Positions 20,203-30,785 of a DNA stretch of 64,000 bases are shown piece after piece. The notes beneath the pieces are model-generated. The model saw only the letters and a program-made list of their open reading frames with translations, was not told the origin of the DNA and ran no database searches. Source of the stretch: Candidatus Hydrogenedentota bacterium (GTDB taxonomy: Bacteria; Hydrogenedentota; Hydrogenedentia; Hydrogenedentales; SLHB01); NCBI GenBank assembly GCA_963668025.2, contig CAXXTH010000003.1, positions 96,001 through 160,000 of the forward strand. Direction: 5' to 3'. Positions within the stretch are counted from its first letter, which is position 1; each line of letters opens with the position of its first letter. The position numbers and the translations under genes are program-made.

Positions 20203-21746
20203 TCAAGGAGAAGTCGCTGTACATGGAGGAATGAAACGGTAGAGATATAAGGGCTGGCTGCCTCCAAAACTCCAGGCGCGGACGGGACACCTGCTCTTTT
20301 CCACAAATTCCCATATGTGGTTCAAATCTCCTTCCCTGAGTTCCACGAAGAGAGCCCAGAAGGGTTTCTGTTTGCTTAACCGTCCAGAAAGACTGGTAAA
20401 AAAACTCATCACTTCCAATATATTCATCGAAAGAATCATCGTGTATATTTACATAGTATTGTATTTCATCCAAAACAGAATTATTTCCTCTTTGTATGAT
20501 GGCTCCCATTTCTCCTCTTTGAACAAGCGTTTGAAGAATAGGTTTGACACGCTGCCAGTCCATGCGAAATGGCCGCTCGATGCTGGCCCACTGGCAGGAC
20601 ATGAAAGCAATGAGCAAGCCCAAAATGCCTAGCTTCATGATGTGTGGCCACAAATCCATCACGGCAGACAAGAACAATGGAAGCGCCAAAGTGACGGAGA
20701 AAAAAAGGTAGCGCCAAATAAAGCACGGTTTCAGCAGATAGCTGGCTGTAAATAGCATCAGAATCGGGATAAACAACACGGCAAACGGCAATATCGCTTT
20801 TTCACTAGGGGTTATTGCATACCCCAGTGGTGAGGACGGCATGGAGCGTTTCAAGTTGCAGGCAAAGAAGGGCGTCATAATAATGAGCAGCAATGGGGGC
20901 CAGATAATACAAAAACAATCCTCCCATATGCCCGCCTAACATCTGGTAGGGAAAAACACATCCGGTTATCGTTTCATATAGGTTTTTTTCTAGATCCCAG
21001 AGTCTCGGCTTGGGTATCCATTCGAGCATTCCCAAGGTGTCTCCCTGCGGCGTCAGGGCGAAATATAGGCCTGTCAGCGCCACGGAGGGTGCGATACTGA
21101 GCGCCCAGGGCAATATCTGCCGCCAGCGGCGGCGGAGGCTGGCCGCGAAAATGCACGCTTCCACCGAAAACAGGAGCGCTCCAAAAGGGTGGCTCGCCAG
21201 CAGCAACACGGCGGCTATGCCATGCATGATATGCCAGCGCGCGCGTCGTTCCTGAATGGCATTAACGAATGCATACAGCGCGGCAACGCTGAAGAACATG
21301 GCCAAGCCATAGCTGCGGATTTCCTGGGAATAATATACATGATATGGCGATACGGCCAAGGCCGCCGCAGCCGCCAATCCGCTCCAAGGGCCATATATGC
21401 GCCTTCCCAATACATAAACGAGCAAAACGGAGGCCATGCCGATCTCGATGCTCAACATGCGCATGGAATACACCGAGCCATCCGTGATGCGCGCCCATAT
21501 CCAGGCCAAGACGAAATGGAACGGAGGAATCGCGGGGCTTTGAACTTGCGCATCATGAAGCGCGCTCATAAACGGTTTATCGAGATGCTCATATGTGAAG
21601 AATTCGTCAAGCCATATGGATTCATCCGCCAATCGATACGTTCGCAACTGCCACGCCAGGGCGAGTATGCCGATAAAAATCGCCATATAGACGATTTGAT
21701 GCGTACGAGAAACACTGAATACCGCGCCGTGTTCTTCGCTGGACAT
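20203..21746 (-). CDS. PMT/ArnT-like (GT39/GT83) membrane glycosyltransferase; two apparent frameshifts (about 20885 and 20400)
   Basis: LR.Y.L..ESIWLDE, PPFHF, SMRMLS, SPYHVYYSQEIRSY. Continues in ORFs 20147-20893 and 20203-20439. Confidence 0.78.
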
Positions 21747-22133
21747 AACACACCTCTTGATTGTAGGAGAGCGCGTACGGAAACGAACGGCCCCATATGC
21801 TTGCTAATTATATGCATGACTGTAATGGCAAATCAATCCGTCGTAGAACAGGAAACTGAAAAAATGGGAAAATCTAGACGGGAAATTGCAATTAAAAACG
21901 TTCATTCATGACATCATATTTCTCATTTTTGAGAAATGTTTCTCGCTAAACATGAGTAATTTTTATCGGAATTGAACTATCGTGCAATATTCCAAGCATA
22001 CCCAGCTTATTCCCATTGATATTCGAGCGCAAGAACACATGATTCTCTAATGCGTTATATTGCAATGCGTTACGTACCGGGTATCCCACGAAAAGCCGTG
22101 TTATTCCATGCAATAAAATCCAAACCCTAAATG

Positions 22134-22149
22134 CGGCATGAAAAATGCT
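22134..22149 (+). promoter_or_regulatory. Sigma54 (-24/-12) promoter upstream of the PEP-CTERM gene
   Basis: cGGCATGaaaaaTGCt has the exact GG-N10-GC spacing of the TGGCACG-N4-TTGC consensus, about 45 nt before the start codon. Confidence 0.65.
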
Positions 22150-22194
22150 CAATCTATATCAGTTTATAACTGGAAACGAGCTTGGAGGATAAAA

Positions 22195-22947
22195 ATGATG
22201 AAGACGAGAATGACCAGTATTATCTGGGCGGCATCAATTATAGCCCTGTCTACTGCATCTGCGTTAGCGGATACAGTCACATTTTCTGCGTCGGGAAGCG
22301 GAGATGGTTCAAATGCATTGGCGGCGGACGCCACATTTGAGATTTCTGGGAATCTGTTACTCGTAACACTCACCAATACATCGACGGATTCCACCGAGAT
22401 CCCGGCGGAAGTGCTTACTGGCGTATTCTTTGATATTGAAGGCAATCCGCTTCTCACACCGGTTTCCGGTGTGTTGGCGGGTGGAAGCGCCATTGTGAAT
22501 GCGGCCACTCCCGCGGATGGCATAGTCGGCGGAGAATGGGCGTATCGCGCGGACGTGGATTCGTCCTTCAACCGCGCCAGCTATGGCATCAGCAGCACAG
22601 GTTTAGGCGTATTCGGCCCCGGGGATCTCTTCCCGGAATCGAAGCTGAGCAAGAATCCGCCGGATGGCATGAGCTATGGCATTATCAGCGCGGGTGGCAT
22701 TGGCGACGACGCAAATAGCGCCATCCTGACCAATGCGTTCATCAGCAATTCGGTGCTGTTCACTTTCTTGATTGAAGATCCAGACAGTTTCAGCCTGGAC
22801 GATATCTCAAATGTAGGCTTCCAGTACGGAACATCGTTGTGCGAACCATATATTACGACCGTCGTTCCCGAGCCTGCTTCGATGGCCTTGCTGGGTTTAG
22901 GCCTTGCTGGATTGGTTGTCCGCCGTTTACGTTCGCGGAAAGCATAA
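22195..22947 (+). CDS. PEP-CTERM exosortase-dependent surface protein (XDD4-like)
   Basis: Signal peptide, C-terminal VPEPASMALLGLGLAGLVVRRLRSRK, GGAGG RBS. Confidence 0.92.
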   Translation: MMKTRMTSIIWAASIIALSTASALADTVTFSASGSGDGSNALAADATFEISGNLLLVTLTNTSTDSTEIPAEVLTGVFFDIEGNPLLTPVSGVLAGGSAIVNAATPADGIVGGEWAYRADVDSSFNRASYGISSTGLGVFGPGDLFPESKLSKNPPDGMSYGIISAGGIGDDANSAILTNAFISNSVLFTFLIEDPDSFSLDDISNVGFQYGTSLCEPYITTVVPEPASMALLGLGLAGLVVRRLRSRKA

Positions 22948-22980
22948 AACCTTTCCTTAAGCATTCAAGGTGTGACATTA

Positions 22981-23004
22981 GCGCGGATGAAAATCCGCGC
23001 TTTT
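22981..23004 (+). terminator. Rho-independent terminator
   Basis: gcgcggat-gaaa-atccgcgc followed by tttt. Confidence 0.75.
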
Positions 23005-23073
23005 CCATGTTTTTTTGGAAGAGAATATTCTTCTGGCTGCGGGAATGTATGGGTGTGCGTCCCAATTGTGCTT

Positions 23074-24387
23074 TCATGCGGCATCTTTCCTAGCTCTGTC
23101 GGCCCAGAAGTCTTCGAAGTCTCTGTTCAAGAAGGCGCATCGTAGCGTAATGATCTTGTTTGCACCGTTGACCGTCCATCTCATTCCGGACTGCTTGAGC
23201 CGTTTTCCTACAACATTTTTGCAGCCGGCCTCTATGACGCCGGAGCCGACGAACAGTTTTTGTTCCCGGAATTCGGCATAGCGCATCATGTGGGCGCGGC
23301 TGCCCAGATACAGAAAATGTTCCCAGGCCGCCTTGCCGTCATCGTCGTGGCTGGGCATGTGTGGCCGCAGTAGCTCCAGGGCCTGCGCGGCCTCTCCCTG
23401 CCGCACGAGTTCGCTGAGGCTTTGGCGCATCCGCATCCCCAGCTCAGTGGTCTTCCCAAAGAGCAGCGCGCACAACAGCGCCAGGTGTTCCAGTGCGTGA
23501 TACAGGTCGAGGATGTGAACGGCCCCGGGGAAGTAGTCGGCGGCGATGTTCGCTATCCATTGCGCGCCGTCGGAAAGGACCACCACCTTTTGCGCGCGTT
23601 CCAGTCCACGGCGCTGGGCTTCGGCGAAGATGCGGCCTGCAAAGGCTTCGGCGTTTTCCACGGCGCCGGAAAAGGTGGTGCTGCCGGGGTCGCGCACCGG
23701 CTCCCCCTTCTCGTCCGTGCTGGTTTGTGTGAAGACGCATCCGATTTTGGCCTCACGGGTTTTGGCGGATCCGTCTTGCGCCTTTCCCTTGCGCCCGTCC
23801 GTTTCGGACTTGACGACGGGAACCCCCGTGCCGTCCATTTCGATGTACAGGACGGGAATCTCATCGCCGGTGCTGGGCTGCGCGGGGTTTGACGGATGCC
23901 CGCGCCGCTGCTTTTCCCACGCGGCCACGTCCGCTCCCGTCTGCTCGCTGGACCGCTCGCAGTCCTTGGCGCTCACGCTGATGCCCGCCAGTTCTTTTAG
24001 ATCCCCGGCGGCGTCCGCGAAGCTTTCCCGCGCGCCAAGGCGCGCCGTCATTCGCCTGACGCCGGGCGAACGCGAAGTGCCCGCGACATCCAGCAGTTCG
24101 TCCGCTGGATAGGCGGTGGCCCCGCATGGGCAGCGGTACATCGCGCGCTCCTGCGTGACGTTCCCCAGAATGGTCGTGATGCGCCTGGCCCGCATGCCCG
24201 CGCGGCGCATGGGATGGCCGCACAGCGGGCACGCATGCTCCTGGCCCTGGACAATGGCGTTTGCCTTGTCGAACAGGACGGCCAGCGTCTTTCCCGCGCC
24301 TTCCAGGGCGGCGGTGCGGATGAGTTTCTCCGTTGCTTCAAAGTCCACGCCGCGGTCCCGGCGGACTAGCGCCAGCGCCCGCGACAT
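23074..24387 (-). CDS. ISKra4-family DDE transposase
   Basis: CPLC zinc ribbon, YIEMDGTG, LSDGAQWI, LDLYHA, GSGVIEAGCK...RLKQSGMRW. Confidence 0.92.
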   Translation of the reverse strand: MSRALALVRRDRGVDFEATEKLIRTAALEGAGKTLAVLFDKANAIVQGQEHACPLCGHPMRRAGMRARRITTILGNVTQERAMYRCPCGATAYPADELLDVAGTSRSPGVRRMTARLGARESFADAAGDLKELAGISVSAKDCERSSEQTGADVAAWEKQRRGHPSNPAQPSTGDEIPVLYIEMDGTGVPVVKSETDGRKGKAQDGSAKTREAKIGCVFTQTSTDEKGEPVRDPGSTTFSGAVENAEAFAGRIFAEAQRRGLERAQKVVVLSDGAQWIANIAADYFPGAVHILDLYHALEHLALLCALLFGKTTELGMRMRQSLSELVRQGEAAQALELLRPHMPSHDDDGKAAWEHFLYLGSRAHMMRYAEFREQKLFVGSGVIEAGCKNVVGKRLKQSGMRWTVNGANKIITLRCAFLNRDFEDFWADRARKDAA

Positions 24388-24410
24388 TTCCGCGGACCTT
24401 TCCAGTTCGA

Positions 24411-24761
24411 CTAGAGCCCTTTTTTTTGCCGCTCGTGGGCGGCCTCCTTGTCGCGCTCAAGCTCTCCGAGCTGTTGTGTCAGCTCGCAAAAGCGTTCGGC
24501 GAGTTCGTGAATACGCTTGCTGTTGTCCGTCTGTTCACGGGCGCGCCGCACGTCCTCGGGACTTCGCAGCCGCTGCCGCCGGGGCTTTCCCTGCTCGTAC
24601 CACTGCAGGGAGTAATAAGGTCCCCGTTCCACGGCCTCCGGCATGTCCTTGCGTGTGCCCTTGACCATTTGCTCCGACACGCCGCCCGGGTGGGCGCTTC
24701 GAATGGCGCGCATCTGCCCCAAAATACATTCCCGTTGCGCTTCAATCGTCTCAATGTTCAT
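24411..24761 (-). CDS. IS upstream ORF (DUF6788-like)
   Basis: Identical to 18243-18593. Confidence 0.75.
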   Translation of the reverse strand: MNIETIEAQRECILGQMRAIRSAHPGGVSEQMVKGTRKDMPEAVERGPYYSLQWYEQGKPRRQRLRSPEDVRRAREQTDNSKRIHELAERFCELTQQLGELERDKEAAHERQKKGL

Positions 24762-24922
24762 GGCGGCCTCCATTTGTGTCTATACAGACACAAAATTATA
24801 CCGCAAAAAACATCTGGACGCAACGAAACACAATCATGGCGCACACCCGGAATGTATCCAACGGTGTTTGTCGTTTGTATAACCGTGTATACTGCTCTGA
24901 AATGACACGGGGAGATATTATA

Positions 24923-25909
24923 ATGGAACGGCGAACGTTTATGAAGCAAGGCATTGCCACGGCCGCCGTGCTCGCCGCTGGCAACGCCCGGCCGCAGACA
25001 AATGAGGTAACCAATATGTCCAATACCGAATCCGCCTCTTCGACAACGCCGCTTGCACGCCGCGCCTATGGCAAAGATGGCGTCAAGTTATCCATGATCG
25101 GATTTGGCGGCATCGTGGTCAGCGGCGAGGAACAGGCGCATGCCAATGAGGTCGTCGCCAAGGCGTATGAACGCGGCGTGAATTATTTCGATGTGGCCCC
25201 CACGTATGGCGACGCTGAAATCAAACTCGGCCCGGCCCTCGAGCCCTACCGTAAAGACTGCTTCCTAGCATGCAAAACGGGCATCCGAACCCGCCCCGAA
25301 GCCGAGGCTGAGTTCAAACGTTCCCTGGAACGCCTCCGCACGGACCATTTTGACCTATACCAGCTCCACGGCATCACCGATATCGTCAAAGATGTGGACC
25401 CTGTCTTCGAGAAAGGCGGCCTTATGGAGTTTCTCGCCGAACGTAGAAAAGCAGGCCAGATCCGCTATCTCGGGTTTTCCGCCCATTCGGATGAAGCCGC
25501 TCTCGCGGCCATGGACCGCTTCGATTTCGACTCGGCCTTGTTTCCCATCAATTTCTCCACCTGGCTGAGAGGCCAATTCGGAAAGAAAATGTTCGCACGC
25601 TTGCAAGAAAAGGGCATGTCGCTCCTTGCGCTAAAGGCGATGGCATGCCAGCAGTGGCCCGAAAATGACCCGCAACGCCAGGAATACGGCAAATGCTGGT
25701 ATAAGCCCCTGACGGACCCTGCCCAATCGGAACTGGCCCTCCGCTGGACCTTGAGCCAGCCCATCACCGCCGCACTTCCCCCTGGCGAGGAAGTGTGCTT
25801 CTGGCAAGCCGTGGAGTTCGCCTCCCGCTTTAAAGAAATCACGGAAGCCGAGACCGCCCAGCTCCAAGCCATGGCCGAACCGCTGAAGCTCATTTTCAGC
25901 GCGGCATAA
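24923..25909 (+). CDS. Aldo/keto reductase with a Tat signal
   Basis: MERRTFMK twin-arginine signal, GVNYFDVAPTYG, LACK, SLERLRTDHFDLYQLH, GFSAH. Confidence 0.9.
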   Translation: MERRTFMKQGIATAAVLAAGNARPQTNEVTNMSNTESASSTTPLARRAYGKDGVKLSMIGFGGIVVSGEEQAHANEVVAKAYERGVNYFDVAPTYGDAEIKLGPALEPYRKDCFLACKTGIRTRPEAEAEFKRSLERLRTDHFDLYQLHGITDIVKDVDPVFEKGGLMEFLAERRKAGQIRYLGFSAHSDEAALAAMDRFDFDSALFPINFSTWLRGQFGKKMFARLQEKGMSLLALKAMACQQWPENDPQRQEYGKCWYKPLTDPAQSELALRWTLSQPITAALPPGEEVCFWQAVEFASRFKEITEAETAQLQAMAEPLKLIFSAA

Positions 25910-26095
25910 ACCAACGGCCACACCGCATGAATGGCTAGGGAGGATTTCCCTGCCTTGCCTGTTGACAAAGCAAGCCGTATTCCGATTGAATAGGCGGTGC
26001 GGCTTCGGGCTATTCAGCATGATTCCCCATCACAAGCTTAGCGAGAACCGCCACCGGGCAAAACAGAATATATAAACCTTAACAAAGGAGGAGCC

Positions 26096-29000
26096 ATGCC
26101 TCGCCGAAATGACATCAAGAAAGTAATGATCATTGGTTCAGGACCTATCGTAATTGGCCAGGCGTGCGAGTTCGATTATTCCGGAACACAAGCCTGCAAG
26201 GCCTTGCGCAAGCTCGGGTATGAGATTGTCCTGGCCAACTCGAATCCCGCGACCATCATGACGGATCCGGGCATCGCGGACGCTACTTATATCGAGCCGC
26301 TTAATGCCGAGGACCATGCGTGAAATCATCGCCAAGGAACGGCCGGATGCGCTGCTGCCTAATTTGGGCGGGCAATCGGGCCTGAACCTGGCATCGGAAC
26401 TTGCGCGGAATGGCACGCTGGCCGAATTCGGGGTGCAGGTGATCGGGGTGCAGGTGGACGCCATCGAGCGCGGCGAGGACCGTAGCGAATTTAAAAAGAC
26501 CATGCAGCAGTTGGGCATCGAGATGCCCCGCAGCGATCTGGCCTATACCGTGGAAGAGGCGGAACGCATCGCCGAGCAACTTCAATATCCCGTGGTGATC
26601 CGGCCGGCCTACACGATGGGGGGCACGGGCGGCGGGCTTGTCTACAATATCGAAGAACTGCGCACCGTGGCGGCCCGCGGCTTGGCGGTGAGCCTGGTCC
26701 ACCAGATCCTGGTCGAGGAAAGCGTGCTCGGGTGGGAAGAACTCGAACTCGAGGTCGTGCGCGACGCCAAAAAACCAGATGATCACCGTGTGCTTTATCG
26801 AGAACGTGGACGCCATGGGCGTGCATACGGGCGATTCCTATTGCACGGCGCCGATGCTGACGATTGATAAAGAACTCCAACAAAAGCTGCAAAAATACTC
26901 CTATGACATCGTTGAAGCGATTGAGGTCATCGGCGGCACCAATATCCAGTTTGCCCATGATCCGAAAACGGGCCGGGTGGTCGTGATCGAGATTAACCCG
27001 CGCACCTCGCGCTCGTCGGCGCTGGCCTCGAAAGCGACCGGATTTCCCATTGCCATGATCTCCTCGATGCTCGCGGGCGGCATGACCCTTGACGAGATCC
27101 CCTATTGGCGCGATGGCAATTTAGATAAATATACCCCCTCGGGCGATTACGTGGTGGTCAAGTTCGCCCGGTGGGCTTTCGAGAAATTCCGCGGCGTAGA
27201 GGACAAGCTCGGCACGCAAATGCGGGCCGTGGGCGAAGTCATGAGCCTGGGGAAAACATATAAGGAAGCGCTTCAAAAAGCGATCCGCTCCCTTGAAACA
27301 GGACGGTACGGCCTGGGCTTTGCGAAGAATTTCCCACGAACTGCCGTTGGAAGAGTTGCTTAAACGCTTATGCATCCCCACCAGCGAACGGCAGTTCTTG
27401 ATGTACGAATCCCTGCGCAAAGGCGCTACGGTGGACGAGCTGCATGCGCTCACCCACATCAAAGCATGGTTCATCGAGCAAATGCGTGAACTCGTCCAAT
27501 TGGAAGAAGAACTGCTGGCGTTCAAAGGCCGGGAGATACCGGACGCCCTCCTTGCCCGAGCCAAAAAGGACGGATTCGCGGACAAGTATCTCGCAAAAAT
27601 CCTGGCCGTCCCAGAGAAAACGATCCGACAACAACGGACAGCGGCGGGCGTAGTCGAGGCATGGGACGCGGTTCCGGTCAGCGGCGTCGAGAACGCGGCC
27701 TATTATTACTCCACCTATAACGCCCCGGATAAGGTGGCGGTAAGCAATAAGAAAAAAATCATGGTTCTTGGCGGAGGCCCCAACCGCATCGGCCAAGGCA
27801 TCGAGTTCGACTACTGCTGCGTGCATGCGGCGTTCACGTTGCGTGATAGCGGCTATGAGTCCATCATGATCAACTGCAATCCCGAGACGGTCTCCACGGA
27901 CTATGACACATCGGATAAACTCTATTTTGAGCCGTTGACCGTCGAGGATGTCCTCAGCATCTATGAGAAAGAACGGCCCGAGGGCGTCATCGTTCAGTTT
28001 GGCGGCCAAACGCCGCTTAATTTGGCCCGGGAACTGGCGGATGCGGGCGTTCCCATTCTAGGCACCACGCCCGAGACCATTGATCTAGCGGAAGACCGGG
28101 ACCGTTTCCGGCAGATCATGCAGCGCCTGGGCATTCCACAACCTGAATCCGGCATGGCCAGTGCGCTCGATGAGGCCCTTGCTATTGCGGCGAGAATCGG
28201 CTATCCCCTCATGGTGCGCCCTTCCTACGTCCTTGGAGGACGCGGCATGGAGGTCGTTCATGACGAGGAAATGCTGCGGCATTACGTGGCGGCGGCGGTC
28301 GAGATCTCGCCGGAACGCCCCATCCTGATTGACAAGTTCCTCGATAACGCCATCGAGGTCGAGGCGGACGCGATTTCGGATGGCGAAGACGCGTTCGTCC
28401 CGGCGATTATGGAGCACATCGAGCTGGCGGGGGTGCATTCCGGGGATTCGGCTTGCGTCATTCCCCCCATTAGCATTGCGCCAAAACACATCGACACCAT
28501 CACCGAATACACCCGGCGCATCGCCATGGAATTGGGCGTCGTGGGGCTCATGAACATCCAGTACGCCATTGCGAGCGACACGGTCTACGTGCTTGAAGCC
28601 AATCCACGGGCCTCGCGCACGGTGCCGCTGGTGTCCAAGGTATGCGGCATTTCGATGGCCCGGCTCGCCACGGAAGTGATGCTCGGTAAAAAGATCCGGG
28701 AAATGAATCTAAAGCACGCGCCCATTCCCCACTACGGCGTCAAGGAGGCCGTTTTCCCCTTCAACATGTTCCCGGAAGTCGATCCGGTTCTCGGACCGGA
28801 AATGCGCTCCACGGGCGAGGTGCTAGGAATGGCCGAGTCGTTTGGGCTGGCGTTCTACAAGGCCCAAGAGGCCACCGGGCTTTGCCTGCCGCTCGAGGGT
28901 ACGGTGCTGATTACCGTGGCGGACCCCGATAAACCTCGTATTATCGAAGTCGCAAGGCAGTTTCGTGAACAAGGGTTCACGATTTGCGCCACCAAAGGCA

Positions 29001-29299
29001 CGCATGATTTCTTGGCTGGACACGGTATCGAGACCAAGCCCATCAAGAAACTGCACGAAGGCCGCCCCAATATCGTCGATGCCATCAATAATGGCGAAAT
29101 ACATCTGGTGGTAAACACGCCGGGCGGAAAACTGAGCACCTCGGATGATTCCTATATACGAAAAACAGCCATAAAGTACCGAATCCCCTATGTGACCACT
29201 GCCGCTGGCGCACTGGCCGCCGCTAGGGGCATATCTTCCCGAAAAGAAAAGAGCAGCGTGGTGCGTTCTCTCCAAGAGTACATTAAAGCGATGAAATAA
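26096..29299 (+). CDS. carB: Carbamoyl-phosphate synthase large subunit (three single-base frameshifts, probably sequencing errors)
   Basis: [68 protein letters not shown] domain. Frame breaks near 26312, 26772 and 27335. Confidence 0.95.
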
Positions 29300-29383
29300 C
29301 CCGGAGATGATGTCCGATTCGCAAATGAGCTAGTGTTCTCGATCCGTCGAATCAGACCAATATGCGCGCCCGGGATTTGTAAG

Positions 29384-29422
29384 GTGTTGGCGAGGCCGTT
29401 TTTTACACGGCCTCGCCAGCGC
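29384..29422. terminator. Strong hairpin between convergent genes
   Basis: tggcgaggccgt / acggcctcgcca. Confidence 0.7.
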
Positions 29423-29483
29423 TTCCCATCATGGTGATTTGAGGTTTAGGCCTGGCTGTTGAAACAGAATGCCTTAATCATCT

Positions 29484-30239
29484 TCACCTAGCCGCGAGTG
29501 TCTCCAGCGCTTCGAGGGCCTTCAAGAACGTCTTGTCAGCGGGCCATTTCGAATCCACCGCAACCATTTCGACATGGCCATCCATATACACCACATTCAC
29601 CCCTTCTGCATGATGCCCTAGCTTTTCACACATGAGAGGGATTTGGGCTTCGGCAATCTTGATTCCATCGGTGGAAATAGGCAAGCGTTCCACCACATTT
29701 TGTGCAAATGGCAGAAACACATTCCCGCCGCCGCTCCCTTTTCCCTCCGGTGCAGGCAGTTCTCCGCTTAGCCATTCATTAGCCGCCAGACGTTGTATGC
29801 ATGTCTTAATGAATGCCTGGCCTTCCTCCGCATTCAAAAGCACATAGCCCAGGTAGAAATAACTATTCCTATCGCGGACATACTTTGGATTCCGGAAAAA
29901 ATCATCGGGCAGGGAAAACTTGTATACTTGGTCTTGCGGACAAACAAGTATGGTTAAGTCATTGATATAATCTGGGTATGTCTGGTCGAAGTTGAATGTG
30001 AAACACCCAGGAGTGGGCGTCATCGAGGGATACTCGCCGTTATGCTCGCCCGCATACATCGTGAAAAGAATGGGCATTTGCTTGAGATTGATTCTACATA
30101 AAGGGCCATGGCCATTGGTGTGTGATCGATAAAATGGATGCATCAAATATGCGGCTATCACCAACAAGACAATACAATAAAGGACTATGCGGATCCGCAA
30201 TGCCATTTTTGATCTGCTATCAGCCGTAGCTTCATTCAT
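29484..30239 (-). CDS. H-X9-DG-motif (DUF1559-like) membrane-anchored protein
   Basis: N-terminal TM helix, C..NLKQ....F.MYA.E..G.YP, YPDY..D..ILVCP, SY.YLGY, HAEGVNVVYMDGHVE. Confidence 0.8.
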   Translation of the reverse strand: MNEATADSRSKMALRIRIVLYCIVLLVIAAYLMHPFYRSHTNGHGPLCRINLKQMPILFTMYAGEHNGEYPSMTPTPGCFTFNFDQTYPDYINDLTILVCPQDQVYKFSLPDDFFRNPKYVRDRNSYFYLGYVLLNAEEGQAFIKTCIQRLAANEWLSGELPAPEGKGSGGGNVFLPFAQNVVERLPISTDGIKIAEAQIPLMCEKLGHHAEGVNVVYMDGHVEMVAVDSKWPADKTFLKALEALETLAAR

Positions 30240-30396
30240 ACTCAGGCTCCTCCCGAATGTTTGAAGCCGTGAGAAAACGCATACAGGCGCTTCACGCGGC
30301 CCGGTTGCTTCACCTCAATAGTATAATTGACGCAAACTTATAATAGAGAAGAGGATGTAAAAACACAACCATAATGCCCGCTAGTCGTCGAGCTAT

Positions 30397-30556
30397 GTAG
30401 CATGGCCGTCCCGGCCATGCGCATGGGCGGGACGCCCATGCCACGGGATCTCACCAAATAAATGAAATGGATAATGACTGCACCGTGGAATGAATGAGCG
30501 TGAATATATGTGCTATTTGTGTGCATACTTGTGCAAACATCCCATTTATCCGGCGA
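30397..30556 (+). repeat. REP doublet plus conserved tail (copy of 3791-3948)
   Basis: gtagcatggccgtcccggccatgcgcatgggcgggacgcccatgccacg plus the shared tail. Confidence 0.85.
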
Positions 30557-30785
30557 AGGTTGGAGCCTTGCAATGGCGGTGCACTTGGCGTTAGTGTAAT
30601 AAACGAAGCGAGGATTTTTATCTTGTGCTCCGCTTGGCGGCGTTTCCCGCGTTTTACCGGCATATGGCAGGGCGCGCGTGCGCATGTTCTTGGTATACTT
30701 CAAGATATCTTTTGCGGCGTTGCATCCTATGCCGCACAAGAACGGGTGTTTTTACGGTTTAGGCCAAATGGCGTGGAGGTGAACA

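Larger units (their letters stand above)
23051..24848 (-). mobile_element. ISKra4-family insertion sequence, copy 2, 1798 bp
   Basis: Same IRs as copy 1. 9-bp TSD ggaatgtat at 23042-23050 and 24849-24857. Confidence 0.94.

Noticed and set aside
16882-24848. Composite transposon formed by the two IS copies
   Set aside because: Each copy has its own distinct 9-bp target duplication, so these are independent insertions.
26096-29299. carB split into four ORFs (pseudogene or programmed recoding?)
   Set aside because: Each break is a single extra base in a short homopolymer, and the same pattern affects GT2, the PMT-like GT and IS copy 1. Long-read or assembly indels are the simplest explanation.
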